A DNA stretch of 64,000 bases, from NCBI GenBank assembly GCA_002811645.1, contig PDIP01000045.1, positions 91,801-155,800 on the forward strand, written 5' to 3'. Made by a program: the position numbers and the translations under genes. The DNA comes from Corallochytrium limacisporum Hawaii (taxonomy: Eukaryota; Protista; Pluriformea). This document shows, piece after piece, positions 31,503-42,077 of the stretch. The notes below the pieces were generated by a model that worked only from the letters and a program-made list of their open reading frames with translations, was not told the DNA's origin and made no database searches. The stretch's first letter is position 1; every line of letters begins with the position of its first letter.

Positions 31503-34500
31503 TTACACTGACTGGTCAACACCACGTTGGGGCATGGGCATGTTCTGAACACGCACATTGTCCATATTGTCCGCGTTGATGCCACGAATGTCCTGGGGAG
31601 TGATGATAATAAATTGACGATGATCGCGACGTTCGGCAGCACGGACCAGGATGTTGAGGGCCTTAATGCGGTTGATAGTGTCCATAAAGACATCAAATTC
31701 GTCGAGGATATGGAAGGGAGTTTCCTGCGTAGACCAGAGAGACACAACGAATGACACAGTGGCCATACTCTTCTCACCGCCCGACAGCTGACTCACTTCG
31801 CGGAATGCATTGTCTTGGCCGTTCTGCATGAGAATCTTGATGGTCCTCTCCGCGGCATTGATTCGCAATTTCGCCACGTAGTTAGCCTGGGATGCAGACT
31901 GCTGGAAGAGCTGATCAATGCGGTCTCGCGCAACATTTGCAATCGAATGAAATTTCTGTTTCCGCTTTTCATACATGTCCGGAAGAACTCCGTGAAGATT
32001 GCGCAGCTTTGTGTAGATTGAGTTCATATCCTCGTATTCATGTTTCATGGTGTCGTAGGTCTGCAAGATGTCATTGATCTCGTCAGCAGATGGTGCATGC
32101 TCTAGGTCATCGACGATGTTCTGGATGTCTGTCCTCACCATGTCGGGATCACGAACGGTTGAGGGTTCCTCCCCAGGATCCTTAAACTCTCTATGCAGCT
32201 TCTCTGTCGCTTGTTCAGCCTTTTGAGTTGCCCGCTCCAACTTTTTCCGGTGTTCGTCCAAAACACTACCGATCTCGTCTACTTTCTTGAGCTCCGCAGC
32301 ATGTTCGGTCTTCTTTGCCTTGATCCGATTCTTTAGATCTGTCATACGTTCATGGATACTTTGCCGCTGATCACTGATATCCGGTGCAGAGTTCACCGTC
32401 TGTTGAACCCTTTGAGTAGCCTCTTCCGTTTTTCTTCGAGCTTCTCTGAGATGCACCCTAGCTTCGTCGATTCGAGAGTGCAGATTCTCTAAACGGCGTT
32501 GGGCAACACGGAGGTTTTCTTCTTCTTCGGCGTTCGCACTATCAATTCCTGTCATGAGGAAGTCTTGAAGCTGCTGTACCTCCGCGCTAAGATCACGTCG
32601 TCTTTTCTGTTCCTCATCGTACTTACGGTCTAATTCAACCATCTCACCCTCGGCCTGTTCTTTTTGAGATCGGCTGGATTGTGTGATCCTCTCCTGTTCT
32701 TTGACATTCTCCTCGGCCTGTGCAACCTCTCCCTGCAGCTCCTCGAGACTACCTGCCCCAGTGCCTGCCCAGCAAGCAGGCAATGATCCGGAATGCTGAT
32801 AGGACATGTACTGAGCGGCCTGAACCTGATCACCTGTGTGCAAGAAAGCAATTAGTCTTTTGGACCTGTGCCGATCAACAAACTCTTGAGCAGCCGTGCG
32901 TTCCGGAATGGCAAAAGCACTGGCAAGGGGGGTGTTGTCGATGAAGACAGTCAAAATCAATCGCTTCTCAAATACGTCACACTTAAAGTCAAGCAGATCG
33001 AGCATGGGCTTATATCCCTGGACACGTGTGATCTTTGATGAAGGGTCCTTAACAGATTCAAACGGTCGGGAAAGAACTCTCGGGCGTTCTGAGGGATCAA
33101 GCTTCAGTTTCTTAAAGATCTGATCCAAAACCTTGGCGTCCTTGCTCGAGTTGACGATGTAGTGCGAAGGAAGGACAGGGTGCGCGTGGTGAAAAGCCTT
33201 GGCATATTCTGGCTCTTGGATCTCGAAATGGCGCCCGATGGGACCGACAGGCGAGCGACTGAAAGCGTTCTTCTGTCTGTCTATCTCCGCAAGAATTTTT
33301 TCAGTGTGCTGGCCAAACCTGAGCAAGGTGTTCCTTTGTGACTGCTTGCGAACCTTCAGGTCCTTCACCAACGTTTCCTTTAACGCGCGCAACTCCCTGA
33401 GCTTATCGTTCGCATCCCGGAAGGAATCTGAGTATGCTCTTGCCTTTTCTTCACAGCGTTGTCGGTCCAATTCCAGTTGATTGACAATATCTTCGACACT
33501 GGCTAGTTGTGTGCGAACGTCTCGAAGATTCTCTTCCGCTGTAGCACGCTGCTGGTTACCACTATTCTGTGCGATACTCTGTTGACGGGACTCAACCTCT
33601 CGGAGCACAATATCGTGATTATGTTGAAGATCATTCAAGGTCTCTTCTTCTTGCTGCTTCTTCCTGGCGGCAAGCCTCGCCTCCTGCTTAACCTGCCGAA
33701 GCTCTTGCTGGTGCTGCTCTTCTTGTTCAGCAAGGTATTGAGCCTGCTGCCTTTCTGAATTCATCTGGTCTTCGAACTCACTGATCTCAGCCACCAAACG
33801 ATTGACCTCCTCATTGGCATTCATCTGTTCATTCTCTCCCTTCTCTTGTCGGCTTCGTAGCTCACGACATCTCTTCACATACTTCATCAACTCAGACCAC
33901 GCGAGCTCTAATTGAAGATCACCCAGTCGGGTCCTATTCCGAGCGACAGACTCAATCTTCTCAACCTTCCTCTCTTCTTCCCTTACTAGTTCCCGCATAT
34001 TCTGCAATCGCCCATCACGATCTTGAAGCTTCGCCTCTAGGCGTTGTGTACATGCGTCGATATTTGTGAGTTTCTCCATTAACAAGTCCAGTAGAGAGGC
34101 AGACCCAAAGAGATCGTACATGCCACGTTCACCTGCATTAGCCAAGAAATCCCTTGCCTTCTCTTGTGTGAGAACGGCAGCTGGGTTATCAACCATAATA
34201 TTGAAGTGGTCAAGGATCTCGTTCAGGTCCCTCTTCGACTTTGACACAATCGGGAATCGCGGCGCGGAATTGTTTTCAGGACGTTTCTCATCAATTTTTC
34301 GTTCGTATTTCATTATTTTGAATCCTCCCTGCCCATCTGCAGAAATATCTCTCTGCACAACAATAGCATCGCCATATTCATGGTATTTGTATGGATTGCC
34401 ATTACCATCATTGTCAATCACAATCTGAACCACAGCTCGACGACAACCATGTTTGACCAGATTTCGAATAGACTCTGCACGGGCCGTTTCCTTCGCACGC

Positions 34501-34829
34501 GCCCCGAAACAAATTTGTAACGCGGTCACAATCGCACTCTTACCGCTGCCGTTGGGGCCCAAGACGAAAGTGATCTTCTTCCCGAACTCCATGGTAAAAT
34601 GTGAGTGGCACATGAAGTTCCAGACCTCAATGCGCCACAGCTTCCCGGAATGCTTCTCAGAATCTTGCTTCTGAGTTAGTGAGCCCGTTTGTGTCTGTGA
34701 TAGTCCTTCGTTCTCAATCCTTGCCTTTTTCTTCCCGCGTGACCGCGAGGAAGACTGTGTCACCTCTTCTATGCTATGGGCCACCATCTTCCCTTGGTCA
34801 CTGATGACCCCCTGCCCACTTCTTTGCAT
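31503..34829 (-). CDS. SMC6: Structural maintenance of chromosomes protein 6 (1108 aa)
   Basis: NFMCH, Walker A GPNGSGKSAIVTAL, coiled coil-hinge (PVGPIG)-coiled coil, signature LSGGEKS, and the SMC6-type Walker B/D-loop PFHILDEFDVFMD. Confidence 0.93.
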   Translation of the reverse strand: MQRSGQGVISDQGKMVAHSIEEVTQSSSRSRGKKKARIENEGLSQTQTGSLTQKQDSEKHSGKLWRIEVWNFMCHSHFTMEFGKKITFVLGPNGSGKSAIVTALQICFGARAKETARAESIRNLVKHGCRRAVVQIVIDNDGNGNPYKYHEYGDAIVVQRDISADGQGGFKIMKYERKIDEKRPENNSAPRFPIVSKSKRDLNEILDHFNIMVDNPAAVLTQEKARDFLANAGERGMYDLFGSASLLDLLMEKLTNIDACTQRLEAKLQDRDGRLQNMRELVREEERKVEKIESVARNRTRLGDLQLELAWSELMKYVKRCRELRSRQEKGENEQMNANEEVNRLVAEISEFEDQMNSERQQAQYLAEQEEQHQQELRQVKQEARLAARKKQQEEETLNDLQHNHDIVLREVESRQQSIAQNSGNQQRATAEENLRDVRTQLASVEDIVNQLELDRQRCEEKARAYSDSFRDANDKLRELRALKETLVKDLKVRKQSQRNTLLRFGQHTEKILAEIDRQKNAFSRSPVGPIGRHFEIQEPEYAKAFHHAHPVLPSHYIVNSSKDAKVLDQIFKKLKLDPSERPRVLSRPFESVKDPSSKITRVQGYKPMLDLLDFKCDVFEKRLILTVFIDNTPLASAFAIPERTAAQEFVDRHRSKRLIAFLHTGDQVQAAQYMSYQHSGSLPACWAGTGAGSLEELQGEVAQAEENVKEQERITQSSRSQKEQAEGEMVELDRKYDEEQKRRRDLSAEVQQLQDFLMTGIDSANAEEEENLRVAQRRLENLHSRIDEARVHLREARRKTEEATQRVQQTVNSAPDISDQRQSIHERMTDLKNRIKAKKTEHAAELKKVDEIGSVLDEHRKKLERATQKAEQATEKLHREFKDPGEEPSTVRDPDMVRTDIQNIVDDLEHAPSADEINDILQTYDTMKHEYEDMNSIYTKLRNLHGVLPDMYEKRKQKFHSIANVARDRIDQLFQQSASQANYVAKLRINAAERTIKILMQNGQDNAFREVSQLSGGEKSMATVSFVVSLWSTQETPFHILDEFDVFMDTINRIKALNILVRAAERRDHRQFIIITPQDIRGINADNMDNVRVQNMPMPQRGVDQSV

Positions 34830-35094
34830 CTCTTGAAGTTAGAAGTCATGCAACAGCGCGGTTCGTAACCGCATACAGTTTCATAAACATGATATTTATA
34901 CCAGTACCAGCTTCGGACAGGAATCTGAGCTCAAACTCAAACGGGAAACTTGGGCTCCTCAGCGCCGCCCGCCACGTCAGGTCCCACGAGAAAGATGAGC
35001 TTGGGATCCATGTTTTGCCGGGAAGGGCGGGTTTCCTGTGCAGGCCACCGGGTCAAGAAGAAAAGTGGCTGTCTCAGAGCGGCAGATTCGAAGG

Positions 35095-35121
35095 CTCAAA
35101 CTTTCCTTTCGCGCGCAAAAA
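35095..35121 (-). promoter_or_regulatory. Palindromic E2F-like site plus CHR-like hexamer upstream of SMC6
   Basis: Minus strand TTTTTGCGCGCGAAA-GGAAAG-TTTGAG, about 280 bp upstream of the ATG. Confidence 0.5.
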
Positions 35122-37906
35122 TCATGAGAGCACATTCACTATGGAAAACACCAACCTACCCCGTCGTCTTCACCCGCGTTTACCCCCTCGCCAGAGCGCA
35201 AAGGGGGTCCCAATTATTAGTTGCCTCACCCCGTTTGTGGCCAATTGATCAACAGGGAAAGGTGTACCTTTATACACGATCGATTTTCTAACAAATGCAT
35301 GAAAATTCAGAGTTGAGGAACTACTGCTGTAGTAAAATTAGGGAGGGAGAAGCAAACAGGTGGAGGGGGAGGGCCCATCACACCGTAGTTAGAAATGACC
35401 CAGCAGAAATTTTAGATCGAAAACACCTCCGCCCCCAAATGCAGGCAGTTGCATGCACACGTAACGAAAACCAGGTAGGTCGGGGGAGCGCCCTTTTCTG
35501 AGAAACACCCTTTACTATGGTTTTTCTGAGCAATAGGAATATGGCAACGGGGCCAGAAATGACGGGCGGAAAGACGCCAAAGTCAAAAGGGACGCGACCA
35601 ATTGCATTGTAGCTTGGCAGCTGCGCAAGGGAAACAGATCGAAAGAAATGAACATCTTCCGCAGGCGTCACTGCACCACACCTCTTCAGATAATTCCATA
35701 CAAAAGGTATGTGTAGTTGCCAGAGCGAAGGATGTCTCCCTTTCCTTCGCTAAAGATTCTGTGCTGTCGGGGAGTTGTCTTCCCCTACACTGTGCACTCT
35801 GCTGAGGAATGCAACAGCAACGACTTGTCCTAACTAGTCTGCATGTGCGGGGGCGTAGAAGGGGTACACAGACTTACGCCGAAGAGGAGGATGCGTTTCA
35901 GCTGGACTCTTGCGATGGGCATGGCGCGTATGAATAAGTGCGCTCTTTGGCATTGTGCTATGATGGATGGCAACAAACAGGCTTACAGGCGGTCCGCCTT
36001 GTACCACACTTTCTTGAGAGAATGATGCTCGCCAGACCCAGGCCTCCTCCTCTGTGTGTTGTCTGTGGGTACGTCATTTGACCGAGTAATTGAGGCACCA
36101 ATGAAGATACCATATTTTTCGTATGATTCCTCGAGTATAATTCAAACAGTAGCTTATAATGTGAAATCCCGGTGAGCTTGGTAACTTTGGACACATGAGA
36201 GATCGATTGTGGTTTACGGCGATTATGACAGTCCTGAGGAGCACAGCTCTTTCTCTACTGGTCCATCACTCTCCGTGACAATTGTTCCACATGCCGGCTG
36301 CAATGTCGGAGCCTGTACGCATGATCGCCTTCCCAACGTTTTTGGTGCTCGCAGGATGTTGTTGCCATGCTCGTGTTCACATGGAAGAAGGACTTGTGTG
36401 GTCAGTTGCCAATGCAATGATAGGTTCTCCCTATGCTTGCATTTTTTCTCACTTCGTACTCCCTTTCCCTCCCTTCAGTGTGCGTGCATAGGGGAGTTTC
36501 TAACCTGTTCCGAAACCAATGCAGACGCACATGGATTGTGGACTGGCTGGGAGGAACGCGGGCACACCAGCAGGTAGGAATGCCTTGGTTTCAGCAGCGG
36601 AACAGAAAGTAGAGGTCCACAACCTGCCTTTGAAGTGGAAGAATCTGGGAACGATTTTGCGGAACAGACCGGGCCATAATGTGGTGATGTTGATTAACAG
36701 TGTAAGTGTTTTGGTAAATCCATCCATAGTCATCCTACAATGTGCCCCATCTTTCATGCCAAGCAATTGGTGTGAACCTTGGACAAGGGGTAGCCCTGGA
36801 ATGAGCGAGAGTATCCACTACGACCGCACTGGACCGATCAAAACAAAGCAAACCAGTCCATTTTCTGCTTTCATTGTAGCTTACACCATTGCAATTTCCA
36901 ATCCATTGCCCGGCGATGCGCATGCGCTACTCCTCGCCCTTTCGATGACTCGAACAAGCAGCACAGGAAACGCTTGCGCTGCGTGCCACCGTTCTAATAC
37001 CCTTGTCTTCGTATAGTTTTTGCCGTCCGAATGGGGTTTGACGCTGACGTCCGCAGGTGTTGCGACAAGCGGTCGAAAAGCCAATCTATCGTCCAGTGAC
37101 AGCGCTGTTGTAGGCAACAAGCAGCAATGTGCAGTGTTCCACCGCTCATTGTTTAAGATTCAATATGGACTTTGGAGAAAGTGATGAAGACAGAAGAAAA
37201 TACGCTTTCCTCTCCAGGTGCTTCTTTAAGCAGAGCTGGGTGGCAAGTGGTTTATTCAGCATTACGTTTTGCACGCACTCCCAGCAGGTCCATTAGCAGG
37301 ATCAGAGCGTGTTCGTTCACACACCTTCACCGCCGGAATAGCAAAAGGAAACATGTTCTAGGATCTCAGCGTTGTTGCTGCGCACATTTGCACCTCACAC
37401 AGCATGCACACGATCCACACGCTGCGTGCCAAAAATTCAGAAATATGAACGAAAAGTGGAAACAGGAGAGGAAGGGGCAAGCGAGAGAAGGGGGAAAGAA
37501 TTTTGACTGATACAGTATGGGAAGTGTGACTATCCCTACTCCCCTCCGCCCCATCGTCAAGGGTTCCACCCCATTCCGACGGCGCACAATCCCAGCTCCT
37601 GCGCTATCATTCTCCACTTGGGCTGAACGCGTTTCCCAGAGTGTTTTCATCGTATCCACGGAATGCAGCCGCATATCGTAGAGAAGGTCAGCGCTCTCGT
37701 TTGTACTGCAATATGTGTACCCTTTAGATACTTGAGCTCGGCCTCATAGGTATATATGGAGGAGCAATAGAACGTGATCGTCTATATGGTTGGATATCCC
37801 CCACACGGTGCCTACAGTCTTACAGTGAGCCAAGGGAAGTCGCGATAGTAAAGCTCAAAACATGTTCGTCTAAGACTACTTTTGATCATATCAAAACATA
37901 CTCAAA

Positions 37907-38920
37907 ATGCCGGGGGACCGTGTAGAGATTCTAAACAGCCGCTGGGAGGTGCACAGTGCGCGAATTGGTTCTGGCGTTTACGGTACCGTTCTGCATGGTA
38001 TGGATCAGAGAACTGGTCAACCTGTTGCTGTGAAAAGGCTCCGTTGCAGCGAATGGAGTGACCAGCCAGGATCTCAAACACAAGTGTGTGGTATTCCACA
38101 ATTGGTTGTTCGTGAAATCGCTCTGCTGAAGCGACTTCGTCACCACAACCTGGTATCACTACTGGATGTGGTATATAGTGCCAATGGTAGCGTGACGTCC
38201 GCAGACTCCAGCGTTTCCCTCGTCTTTGAATACGCTGAAGAGGATCTGTCTGGATTTCTCAAGCGAACTGGGAACCCAGGAGTTCCACTGAATACCATTA
38301 GAAAATTTGCATACCAACTCTTCGATGCGCTAAGGTACTGTCACATGTGCAGCATCGTTCACAGAGACGTGAAACCTGCCAATATTCTGGTGTCTCAAGG
38401 AAATAATATCAAGTTGGCAGACTTTGGTATGGCTGCTGCTAGCAACGCCGGCCGTGTTATGACTCCTGGGCTTGTCACACTCTTCTACAGGGCCCCTGAA
38501 GTTCTGATCGGTAAGAACTATGACAACTGTGTGGACGTATGGGCGGCTGCGGCCGTTATCGCCGAGCTGGCCATCGGTGATCCGTTCTTTAAGATGCCAG
38601 GTCAACACAGTGAACAGCAGCAACTGATTGCCATATATCTCATGCTTGGGCCCCCGAACCAGTCGTTCTTCCGTGCGTTCAACATCACCTTCCACAATAT
38701 GCAGTCGAGATACACTCCGCAACAACAGGCTGTGCTCGCCGGCAACCGTATTGCTGTCTGTGACCGATTGGGCGGTGAGGGCTGGGACCTCTTGGCATCC
38801 ATCTTCCGATGGAATCCCGACGAGCGTTTGACTGCGGCAACTGCGCTAGCACATCCTTTCTTAAGGCTTGACCAACATGTAAGTCGACGCTCTTCGGACA
38901 GCGGTAATTATGACATGTAG
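37907..38920 (+). CDS. Cyclin-dependent kinase, CDK4/6-like (337 aa)
   Basis: IGSGVYGTV, VAVK, cyclin helix GIPQLVVREIALLKRL, SLVFEY, PGVPLNTI, HRDVKPANIL, DFG, T-loop MTPGLVTLFYRAPEVL. Confidence 0.85.
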   Translation: MPGDRVEILNSRWEVHSARIGSGVYGTVLHGMDQRTGQPVAVKRLRCSEWSDQPGSQTQVCGIPQLVVREIALLKRLRHHNLVSLLDVVYSANGSVTSADSSVSLVFEYAEEDLSGFLKRTGNPGVPLNTIRKFAYQLFDALRYCHMCSIVHRDVKPANILVSQGNNIKLADFGMAAASNAGRVMTPGLVTLFYRAPEVLIGKNYDNCVDVWAAAAVIAELAIGDPFFKMPGQHSEQQQLIAIYLMLGPPNQSFFRAFNITFHNMQSRYTPQQQAVLAGNRIAVCDRLGGEGWDLLASIFRWNPDERLTAATALAHPFLRLDQHVSRRSSDSGNYDM

Positions 38921-39490
38921 ATCGTCGAGCATCAAAACAGCATTCATCGCTGGCCCTAAACCCATGTTTCATTAGTCAAATCAAATATAGTTCATTGAGG
39001 GGAGTCGAAACCCCGTAGTAATCGAAACACATCAACAGACAACCGATCCTACTGTACGTCCTCGTTACTTTTCACAAGCTTGCTGGTCGTCACACCACTG
39101 GCCCCTTCCCCCCCTCCCCGGCCAAAAAGGGGCGGCGTCATCGTAGGGAATTATTGATCATTTGAGGGTGCTCCCGGCCAGTTAATTTTGTGACGACCCC
39201 CTTCCCTCAAATTCCACCCAGCCAACCCAACCCCTTCCACGGCCCCCGTGCGGGACACAGGGGGGCGGGGTAGTCCCACCGGGTCCCACGAACCCTGGTA
39301 GTGAGACTCCGTTTCTGTGGCTATTTAGTCTACGCGAAACAAAACACAAGTCATCTGACCCTGCGAACGGCCACAGCGTGCGATATATCGTTTCAGATCA
39401 CAGTTTCATATTCGTTTGCTCCAGCAATAGGTTTGTGCAGAGTGCAGACATGCGGCATCGTTGATCTCAAACAGCACTGACACCGATAGA

Positions 39491-41548
39491 ATGTCGGAAA
39501 TACAAGACACAATGGATATTGAGGAACCGCGAACAAACTTTGGCTGGTTTAGAAAATGTTTTAGATCTGACTATGAGGCACTTGAACGAGATGAAACCGA
39601 GCACGAGAAGGGGCTTGAAGGGAATTCAAGGAACGGGTTCAACCTATTGTTCTTCTCCAGGCTCAGGCGAATCGGTACGGTGTTATTAGGCAAAATTGAA
39701 AGTGACAATAATCTAAATGATTATCAATGGGCAAACATTCCGATTCTGGGTACTATGCTAGCAAAGCACCCAGTATGGTTGATTACTTTGCTGATCGGAT
39801 TCAACATTCTCACTGAAGTAGTCATATACTTTGTGGGTCTCATTCCATCGCAATTCTACAAGGTTCTTGGGGAAAGAGATACCTCTGCATTTACACAATT
39901 GTTCCTCTATTCCATGATGCTTATTCTCTGTGTGTCACTTGCAGAGGCATTCAAGATATTTTTTGCTGGCGTCATCAAGGTTAGTTGGAGGGGAAGACTG
40001 TGTACAGTTCTCAATCAGGGATTCTTTGCGCGAAGTGTCTTGTATCCTGCTCTTACTTTCCAAGACAGTCCTGTTCGCGATGCAGACCAACGAATGACGC
40101 AGGATGCCGATCGCTTGACAGATTCACTTAGTGAATTGGTCATGAAGACGGCGGTGGTGCCCATAGTAATCATCTACTATTCCATCCGAACCGGAACTCT
40201 GTTGGGGACATATGGTGTGGTCATAATTTATCTTTGGTTTGCCATTACCACTGCAATGAATAAGTGGCTCATCTCCCCAATTGTTGCTAGAGTTTATGTC
40301 CAGGAACGATTGGAAGGTGAGTACCGTTTTACCCATATGCATGTTCGACGGAACGCAGAAAGTGTCGCACTGGCGGAATGTGAGGAACGAGAAGGAAAGC
40401 TGGCAAATCAGCAACTGTACGATCTTCTGAGTGTGCAACAATCCATTGTCAATCGGGAATTGCCTGTGAACATTTCAATCAAGTGGTTTGACTATGCTGG
40501 TGGGATTTTTACCTATGTCATTGTCGGACTACCCCTGTTGATCGGTAAATATGAAGATATGAATGCGGCTGAAATTTCGGAATTCATTGCGAAGAGCGCC
40601 TTTATGACAATGTATCTAATCAATACTTTCAGCAAGTGGGTTGATGTCAGCGCAAAGTTTTCTCAGAGTGCTGGCTATGTTCATCGCGTTGGCGAATTCC
40701 TAGAGCAAGTTGAAATGCGTTTTTCGAAGCACGACATCGTACCTGCCCACTATTTTAGCGAAGAAGAGGGCGCATCGGGAACCGTCCTACTATCTAGTAA
40801 GGGTTCCAGCGTGCTGCTAAGCCCTGCTGACAAAGACAACATTGTCTTTGAAGACGTGGGTGTACAGATACCATCGAGTGGCAAGGTTGTAGTGTCAAGC
40901 TTCTTCATGAGCGTGGAACGTGGCGCGTCGACCCTCATAACAGGACCAAGTGGTAAGGGTAAAACCTCCTTACTTCGGGCTGCGAGTGGCCTCTGGCCCC
41001 TTTCAAGTGGAAAGATTCAGATGCCAATCGGTTTCAACTATGTCCAATTCATGTCGCAGAGTCCTTACCTGACTTTTGGTACACTAAGAACACAATTAAT
41101 CTTTCCATATCATGACAGTAATAGGAGCTTCATGAATCACATTGCAAAACATCGCTGGGCACAGAAGAACTACTCATCGAGTGTACTCGGTACAACTGGA
41201 GCAACATACGCACTTGATGCGGTCACCACAGAGGCTCTCAGAAGGCTGGACCTACTTGACCACTATCGCTCCTTGGCCAATAGCAGTGATGACAGCGCTA
41301 TCCTCAACTATGATGCGGGACAGAGCTGGGAGTCAATACAATCTCCCGGTCAGCTGCAATTGCTTGGCTTTGCACGCTTGTTTGTCCAGTGTCCGCGATA
41401 CGTCTTCCTCGATGAATCCAGTAGCCACATTGACGAGGAAATGGAAGCCGTAGTGTACGCTACTTGCCGTGACCTTGGCATCACAGTAATCAGCCTGGGT
41501 CACCGCAGCAGTCTGCGTCAACATCACAGCAACATAGTGGAAATCTGA
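39491..41548 (+). CDS. ABCD4: ABC transporter subfamily D half-transporter, ABCD4-like
   Basis: First ATG at 39491. DADQRMTQD, EGEYRFTHMHVRRNAESVA (EAA motif), Walker A GPSGKGKTS, signature SPGQLQLLGFARLF (ABCD4-type SPG), Walker B VFLDES, H-loop SLGHR. Confidence 0.85.
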   Translation: MSEIQDTMDIEEPRTNFGWFRKCFRSDYEALERDETEHEKGLEGNSRNGFNLLFFSRLRRIGTVLLGKIESDNNLNDYQWANIPILGTMLAKHPVWLITLLIGFNILTEVVIYFVGLIPSQFYKVLGERDTSAFTQLFLYSMMLILCVSLAEAFKIFFAGVIKVSWRGRLCTVLNQGFFARSVLYPALTFQDSPVRDADQRMTQDADRLTDSLSELVMKTAVVPIVIIYYSIRTGTLLGTYGVVIIYLWFAITTAMNKWLISPIVARVYVQERLEGEYRFTHMHVRRNAESVALAECEEREGKLANQQLYDLLSVQQSIVNRELPVNISIKWFDYAGGIFTYVIVGLPLLIGKYEDMNAAEISEFIAKSAFMTMYLINTFSKWVDVSAKFSQSAGYVHRVGEFLEQVEMRFSKHDIVPAHYFSEEEGASGTVLLSSKGSSVLLSPADKDNIVFEDVGVQIPSSGKVVVSSFFMSVERGASTLITGPSGKGKTSLLRAASGLWPLSSGKIQMPIGFNYVQFMSQSPYLTFGTLRTQLIFPYHDSNRSFMNHIAKHRWAQKNYSSSVLGTTGATYALDAVTTEALRRLDLLDHYRSLANSSDDSAILNYDAGQSWESIQSPGQLQLLGFARLFVQCPRYVFLDESSSHIDEEMEAVVYATCRDLGITVISLGHRSSLRQHHSNIVEI

Positions 41549-42077
41549 TTACGCTGAAAGGTTTTGTCAGATTAAAGGTCGACAATTCAATACATGTATT
41601 ATGTGTCATCCAGCCATAAATGATCGGACTGGCCCAAACTTACGTTATGGCACCACACTGGCCCTCCCCCAACGCACTCTTGCAGAAGGGGACTGGAGAA
41701 ATTGATTTGTCCAGGAGCGCCTCCCACCCGGGAAAGGGGCGCCCACTCCCGCGGTCCTTCTCCGGCTTCCCTCTCCCGCTCCAAATGTTTCACTTTCCGT
41801 TGCCATTGGCTGGAACCAAAACCGGGGGGGTCTCACGACCGAACGCGCTTGCTGCAGCGTCGCTATTGCCCATAGCCCTTCTGCCGTGCCAACGTATTTC
41901 ATACCTCCTCCTCACCTAAGGACAAGTACTTTTTCTGATATTAGTTCAAAACCATGAGAACTTAACTCGGAGATCAATAAAGGCGTTAGTGTGAAGTTAT
42001 ACGGAAGACGCCAATATGTAGTTCAAGTGCAGCGGGAACTTAAACCGCATTTCAAGTTCACCATTCAACAAACCAAG

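Noticed and set aside
36500-37120. Short ORFs between SMC6 and the CDK
   Set aside because: No motifs, and overlapping frames on both strands show no preferred coding frame.
38998-39015. Hairpin ggggtttcgactcccc on the minus strand resembling a T-loop
   Set aside because: No D-arm, anticodon arm or acceptor stem nearby.
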